The position numbers and the translations under genes are program-made. A DNA stretch of 64,000 bases from Acidobacteriota bacterium (GTDB taxonomy: Bacteria > Acidobacteriota > UBA6911 > RPQK01 > JAJDTT01), in contig CBDCJH010000002.1 in the NCBI GenBank assembly GCA_965217775.1, positions 2,368,001 through 2,432,000 on the forward strand, written 5' to 3'. The stretch's first letter is position 1; each line of letters begins with the position of its first letter. The notes under the pieces are model-generated. The model made no database searches. It was not told the origin of the DNA and saw only the letters and a list, made by a program, of their open reading frames with translations. Of this stretch, positions 59,626-64,000 are shown piece by piece.

Positions 59626-61128
59626 TCACTTCCTGTCCAGCCGGATGCCCGCTGCCCGCAGGCGGTGCTCCTCTCCGATGGGCGTGTGCAGGATGGCATA
59701 GAAGCGGTCGAGCCGTTTCCTGTCTGCCGGCGGCGTGAGGAGACTGACGACGATCATGCAGAAAAACCCGCCCACCAGGTAGATCAGAAACTGCTGGTGC
59801 AGTTCCCAGCCCCAGACGAAGCGGGAAAGATACCAGAGAAGGGACGATCCCAGGATCCCGGCCCAGGCTCCATAGGCGTTGCAGCGCCGCCACAGCACTC
59901 CGCCCCAGAAGGCGATCCCGAAGAAGGCGACCAGAGACCAGGTCAGCTTGAGAATGCCCACCACGGTGGTGGCGTAGGTGGCGACGACGATCCCGCCCAT
60001 GACCACCGCCACTCCGACCAGCCGGCCCACGTTGAGATAGTGCCGGACCGATGCCTCGGGTCGCAGGTAGCGTTGGTAGACGTTCTTCACGAAGAGGGCT
60101 GAGCCGTCCACCATCAAGGAATCGCAACTGGACATGGCGGCCGCCACCATGGAGGCCAGCATGACGCCCACCAGTCCCACGGGCAGCAGATCCCGGGAAG
60201 CCAGACCGAAGGCGTGCTCGGAATCGGCCAGGTCGGGATAGAGGGCGATGCAGGCCACACCGGTCAGGGCCCAGGCCAGGGTGCAGATTCGCTTGAGCAT
60301 GTTGCCGAAGGTGAATCCGACCCGGCCCTCCAGCTCGGTCTTCCCCGCCCCGGCGATCTCCATGTGATGGGGCTGGGCCACGATCCCCACCAGAGCGTTG
60401 ATGACGATCATGACGATGTAAAACGGTGTGACCCGGTCGTAGCCCGCCGGTGGGTCGCCGGGAGCCATCAGGCTGAACATCTCCTCCGGGACCTTCTGAT
60501 GCAGTCCGGCGAATCCGCCCACCGCCTCCATCACGAAGGGGATCAGGAGAAAGGAGAGGACGATGATGAAGAAGCCCTGGATGAAATCGGTGACCACGGC
60601 CGCCGGGAGACCTCCCAGCAGACCGTAGCTGAGAAAGAGTATGGTCATGACGCCGATGGCCAACTCGGGACTTATGGCGCCGCCCGAGATGGCGCTGGCC
60701 GCCTTTCCGGTTCCCAGGAGCATGAGACCGATCTGCAGTGAGAGATAGAGCAGACCGTAGATGGTGTAGAGGATGGCCAGAGCCGGACTGAACCGGTCTT
60801 CGAAGTAGTCGGCCGTGGTCAGGTAGCGCATCCGCCTCAGAAGGGGCGCCACCAGCCAGTAGAAGGGCGTGGCGAACAAATAGAGCCACTGGTACCAGAT
60901 CCCCGCCATTCCCATCCTGTAGGAGGCGCCGGCCACGGTGACGGCGTGATCCGTATGGGTCCCGGTCCCGAAGGCGTGCATGACCATGAACGCCTTCCCG
61001 AACTTGCGGGATCCCATGAAGTAGTCGTGGAAGTTGGTGACCTTCCTCGCCGCCCACAGACCCGCGACGGTGACTCCCAGCAGGTAGACCAGAAGCGTGG
61101 TGAGATCCAGCCAGTGCAGTCCGAACAT
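59626..61128 (-). CDS. Sodium:solute symporter
   Basis: DYFMGSR, DYFEDRF, TDFIQG, AAAMSS. Confidence 0.92.
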   Translation of the reverse strand: MFGLHWLDLTTLLVYLLGVTVAGLWAARKVTNFHDYFMGSRKFGKAFMVMHAFGTGTHTDHAVTVAGASYRMGMAGIWYQWLYLFATPFYWLVAPLLRRMRYLTTADYFEDRFSPALAILYTIYGLLYLSLQIGLMLLGTGKAASAISGGAISPELAIGVMTILFLSYGLLGGLPAAVVTDFIQGFFIIVLSFLLIPFVMEAVGGFAGLHQKVPEEMFSLMAPGDPPAGYDRVTPFYIVMIVINALVGIVAQPHHMEIAGAGKTELEGRVGFTFGNMLKRICTLAWALTGVACIALYPDLADSEHAFGLASRDLLPVGLVGVMLASMVAAAMSSCDSLMVDGSALFVKNVYQRYLRPEASVRHYLNVGRLVGVAVVMGGIVVATYATTVVGILKLTWSLVAFFGIAFWGGVLWRRCNAYGAWAGILGSSLLWYLSRFVWGWELHQQFLIYLVGGFFCMIVVSLLTPPADRKRLDRFYAILHTPIGEEHRLRAAGIRLDRK

Positions 61129-61187
61129 AGGTTCAAGATCCTCTTCGGAGTTCGGGCCGGGCGGCCGCGAGCCCGGAGAGAGGTTCT

Positions 61188-62525
61188 CTAATATTCGTCA
61201 GTCAGACCGAAGGTCGGTTCGGAAACGACCCATTGTCCCCGGGTGAAGTCGGGAAAGAACACCGGTGCGCTTCCCCGGGCGATGGAGCGCTCCGACAGCG
61301 GACCTATGGCGCTCCAGGATGCCGATTCGTAGACGTCGATGGGCGTGGGCAGTCCCCGTTTCAACGCTTCCACGAAACCGTTGACGACGAAGAAATCCAT
61401 CCCCCCATGTCCCGCGCCGGCAGCCTGTTCCCCGAAACGTTTCCAGAGTGCGTGGTCATGCTCCTTCTGGTACTTCTCGAAGGGTTCCCACCGGTGTGAT
61501 TTGGGGCTGAGGTCTTCGATGTAGATCGACTTGTTGTCGCTCATCCAGATGCCCCGGGTTCCCTGCACCCGGAAGTTCAGGGAATAGGGCCGGGGAAGAT
61601 TGGTGTCATGGCTGACCAGGAGCGTCTCCCCCCGGGCGCACTTGATCACCGACGTCACCACGTCGCCCAGAGCCCACTGGATCTTGGCGTTGGGATGGTC
61701 CGCACCCCCTTTGCGGACGACGTAATCGTGAAGGCCCCGCGCCTTGGTGGCCGTGGAGGTCAGAGTCACGAATCGGTTCCCGCGGTCGATATCCAGGCAG
61801 TTGGCCATGGGACCGGCGCCGTGAGTCGGGTAGACGTCACCGTTGCGCTGGATCGAGTGCTGGGTCCTCCAATTGGCTTCACCCCTGGAGCCGGGTCCGA
61901 ACTTGGCCCCGGGATTGAATTTGACGTGCCGCAAGTCGTGCTGGTAGCCGCACTGGCAGTGGATGAGCTCTCCGAAGAGCCCGTCCCGGACCATCTTCAG
62001 AGCCGCCATCACGTCCCGCCGGTAGCAGACGTTCTCCAGCATCATGCAAGGCTTTTTCGTGGCTTCGGAGGTGTTGACCAGATCCCAACACTCCTGCAAG
62101 GTCACGGCCGCCGGCACCTCGACCGCCACCGCCTTGCCCGCCTTCATGGCCGCCACCGACATGGGGGTGTGCCAGCGCCAGGGAGTGGCGACCACGACGG
62201 CGTCCAGGTCGTCACGCTCCAACAGATTGTGGAAGTCATCGTCTTCCCCGGCATAGACGCCGGGATCGTTGCCTCCCGACTCCCGCACCAGGGCCGCCGC
62301 CCGGTTCGCGGACTCGGCTCGGAGGTCGCAGACCGCGTTCACCTGGGTGTCCTTCCGGGCCAGGGACAGCTTCAACAGGTGGGTTCCCCGCCCGCCGACG
62401 CCGATGAACCCGAGACGGACCACCCGGTCGTCGCTGCCGCGCAGAACGCTGGGCCACCCTCCCGAGAGGGCTGCCGTCGCGGCGGCACTGCCTTGTATGA
62501 AGCTACGCCTCGTTGAACCTGACAT
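61188..62525 (-). CDS. Gfo/Idh/MocA GH109 (alpha-N-acetylgalactosaminidase-like)
   Basis: Tat signal, GVGGRG, MMLENVCY, YPTH, GHGGMD. Confidence 0.88.
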   Translation of the reverse strand: MSGSTRRSFIQGSAAATAALSGGWPSVLRGSDDRVVRLGFIGVGGRGTHLLKLSLARKDTQVNAVCDLRAESANRAAALVRESGGNDPGVYAGEDDDFHNLLERDDLDAVVVATPWRWHTPMSVAAMKAGKAVAVEVPAAVTLQECWDLVNTSEATKKPCMMLENVCYRRDVMAALKMVRDGLFGELIHCQCGYQHDLRHVKFNPGAKFGPGSRGEANWRTQHSIQRNGDVYPTHGAGPMANCLDIDRGNRFVTLTSTATKARGLHDYVVRKGGADHPNAKIQWALGDVVTSVIKCARGETLLVSHDTNLPRPYSLNFRVQGTRGIWMSDNKSIYIEDLSPKSHRWEPFEKYQKEHDHALWKRFGEQAAGAGHGGMDFFVVNGFVEALKRGLPTPIDVYESASWSAIGPLSERSIARGSAPVFFPDFTRGQWVVSEPTFGLTDEY

Positions 62526-62728
62526 GGTGTCCTCCAATCCCCCGTCCGAGGGCCAACTGCCCCCGGAAGCCACCAGGGAGCGAAATTCTACCGCCTTCCG
62601 ACTCTGCCTCGCAATTGAAGCAGGTTTCGCAAGAGTGTGTGGTTGTCGTTTCCCGCGGAGTAGCGAGACGGGCGCGAACGTCAGTGCGTGGGAAAGTTGT
62701 CACGGTTTATTACCGGTGACCTCAGCGT

Positions 62729-63136
62729 CTAGCATCCCAGGACCTGCACATGTCCGTGGCGTCCGTACTCGAGCAGTTTCCGGTCGCGAGTCACCAGCGT
62801 GTACCCGAACGCCCGCGCCGTCGCTACGAGAATGCGGTCGACAGGATCACCGGGCGGCGTTCCGGGTAAGCTGGCAGAGGCGACCAGCACCGAAGGCGGC
62901 ATCTCCGCCAACGCAACGCCAGGCAGCTCGCAGAAGCGTTGGAACCAGACATCGGGACTGATCGAGAGCGCCATTTTTCCCTTGGCCACGAGCGTGGCGA
63001 TTTCCCATGCGCTGATCGAGGATACGACAAGACGCTCCACTTGGGCCCCGCGCAAGACGCTTGCGGCCGGTTCTCGCAAACGGTCCCCATTTGCGATCCG
63101 GATCACCGCGCAGGTATCCACCAGAAGGACGGCCAT
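62729..63136 (-). CDS. vapC: VapC PIN toxin
   Basis: LLVDTC, SSISAWEI, DPVDRIL, VTRD. Confidence 0.9.
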   Translation of the reverse strand: MAVLLVDTCAVIRIANGDRLREPAASVLRGAQVERLVVSSISAWEIATLVAKGKMALSISPDVWFQRFCELPGVALAEMPPSVLVASASLPGTPPGDPVDRILVATARAFGYTLVTRDRKLLEYGRHGHVQVLGC

Positions 63137-63142
63137 GGCTGC

Positions 63143-63568
63143 CTAACGCGCAGCGTCCCAATCTTCTTCGAGAGGAGAGGCCAGGTCCGTACCGGGCGTG
63201 ATCGTGACGGTGCCACGGAGCGCACCGAATAGCCGGGAGAATAAGAAGGCGTTGTCCGGTATGGAAATCCGGGACCCATCTTGAACCTTCTGTCCATCTC
63301 GAGTTCCCGACAATGGTGCATCCAGCGGGAACTTTTTGAATTCGAGGGTGCGGCCCGTCATATCGACGTTCGCCGTTTTGTATCCGGCTTCGAGCCAAGC
63401 GAGGGTAATCACACTGTTGGTCGGATTGTTGGACCACCAAGCCCGATGTTTGAAAGCCGACGGTGGCAGTTCGGTTCCGAGGACGCGCTCGATCTCATCG
63501 AAGGTCATGGAAACGGTCGTTTGGCTCGATCCACGGAGATGTACGGCCAACGGCGCGTATTTCGGCAT
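63143..63568 (-). CDS. Putative antitoxin: DUF7662-like N-terminus plus VapB-like tail
   Basis: KYAPL...EIE..LG..LPPSA...AWWSN; tail LFGALRGTV...DL..P.EEDW. Confidence 0.65.
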   Translation of the reverse strand: MPKYAPLAVHLRGSSQTTVSMTFDEIERVLGTELPPSAFKHRAWWSNNPTNSVITLAWLEAGYKTANVDMTGRTLEFKKFPLDAPLSGTRDGQKVQDGSRISIPDNAFLFSRLFGALRGTVTITPGTDLASPLEEDWDAAR

Positions 63569-63703
63569 ACGGAATCCCCTCGAATAGTTAGTGTTGTTTA
63601 TTATCTAACAACAAAACACTGGATTCAACACGGTAGCCCGCCTTCTATCGATTTCTCCCGGGCGCGGACCGCGCCGGAGGTGCGCCCCCGGGGCGGGATG
63701 AGG

Positions 63704-64000
63704 CTAATGAGAAAAACGAACCAGGTATCGCTTGGACTTGCCGACCGACAGGACGACCACACCGGCGCCGGCACGGTGCCGGAGCAGGTCCTCGTTGGCA
63801 TCGGAAACCCGGGTCCCGTTCACGGAGACGGCGTTCTGCTTCACCAGCCGCCTCGCGGCCCCTTTGGACGGGCCAGCCCCGACCCGAACCATGGCGTCTG
63901 CGACCGGACAGGAGAGGTCAGGACTGGCGTTCAGGGTGGGCACGGATCGAGCCACCATGTCGGCGACGGCAGTGTCCATGTCGGCCGCCTTTCCGGAGAA
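63704..64000 (-). CDS. tyrS: Tyrosine--tRNA ligase C-terminal S4 domain, partial
   Basis: SKGAARRLVKQNAVSVNG...LSVGK. Confidence 0.75.
   Translation of the reverse strand, partial: FSGKAADMDTAVADMVARSVPTLNASPDLSCPVADAMVRVGAGPSKGAARRLVKQNAVSVNGTRVSDANEDLLRHRAGAGVVVLSVGKSKRYLVRFSH

Overview
GC-rich bacterial chromosome segment; gene content (TonB receptor, DUF1501 and DUF1549/DUF1553 pairs, sulfatase, GH109) suggests Acidobacteriota or similar, which is an inference. Metabolic and transport genes are interspersed with many defence and mobile modules, several decaying: a type II R-M pair, DarTG with a nonsense-mutated toxin, an ATPase-DUF3696 module, a complete Cmx8-type (I-B/MYXAN) CRISPR-Cas locus with a 12-repeat array, nested mobile elements (ISKra4 remnant, IS21 remnant, RIT trio), a P4-like integrase island with a Schlafen/AlbA_2 gene, and a VapC module. 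Two signals stand out. (1) A precise 28-bp duplication flanks a 33-bp foreign insert in the RIT integrase, matching the geometry of an off-target type I-E Cas1-Cas2 spacer integration. (2) Two divergent copies of a ~250-nt non-coding element in the integrase island show covarying nested inverted repeats and copy-specific direct repeats. All protein calls come from motif recognition by eye; no database searches were run.
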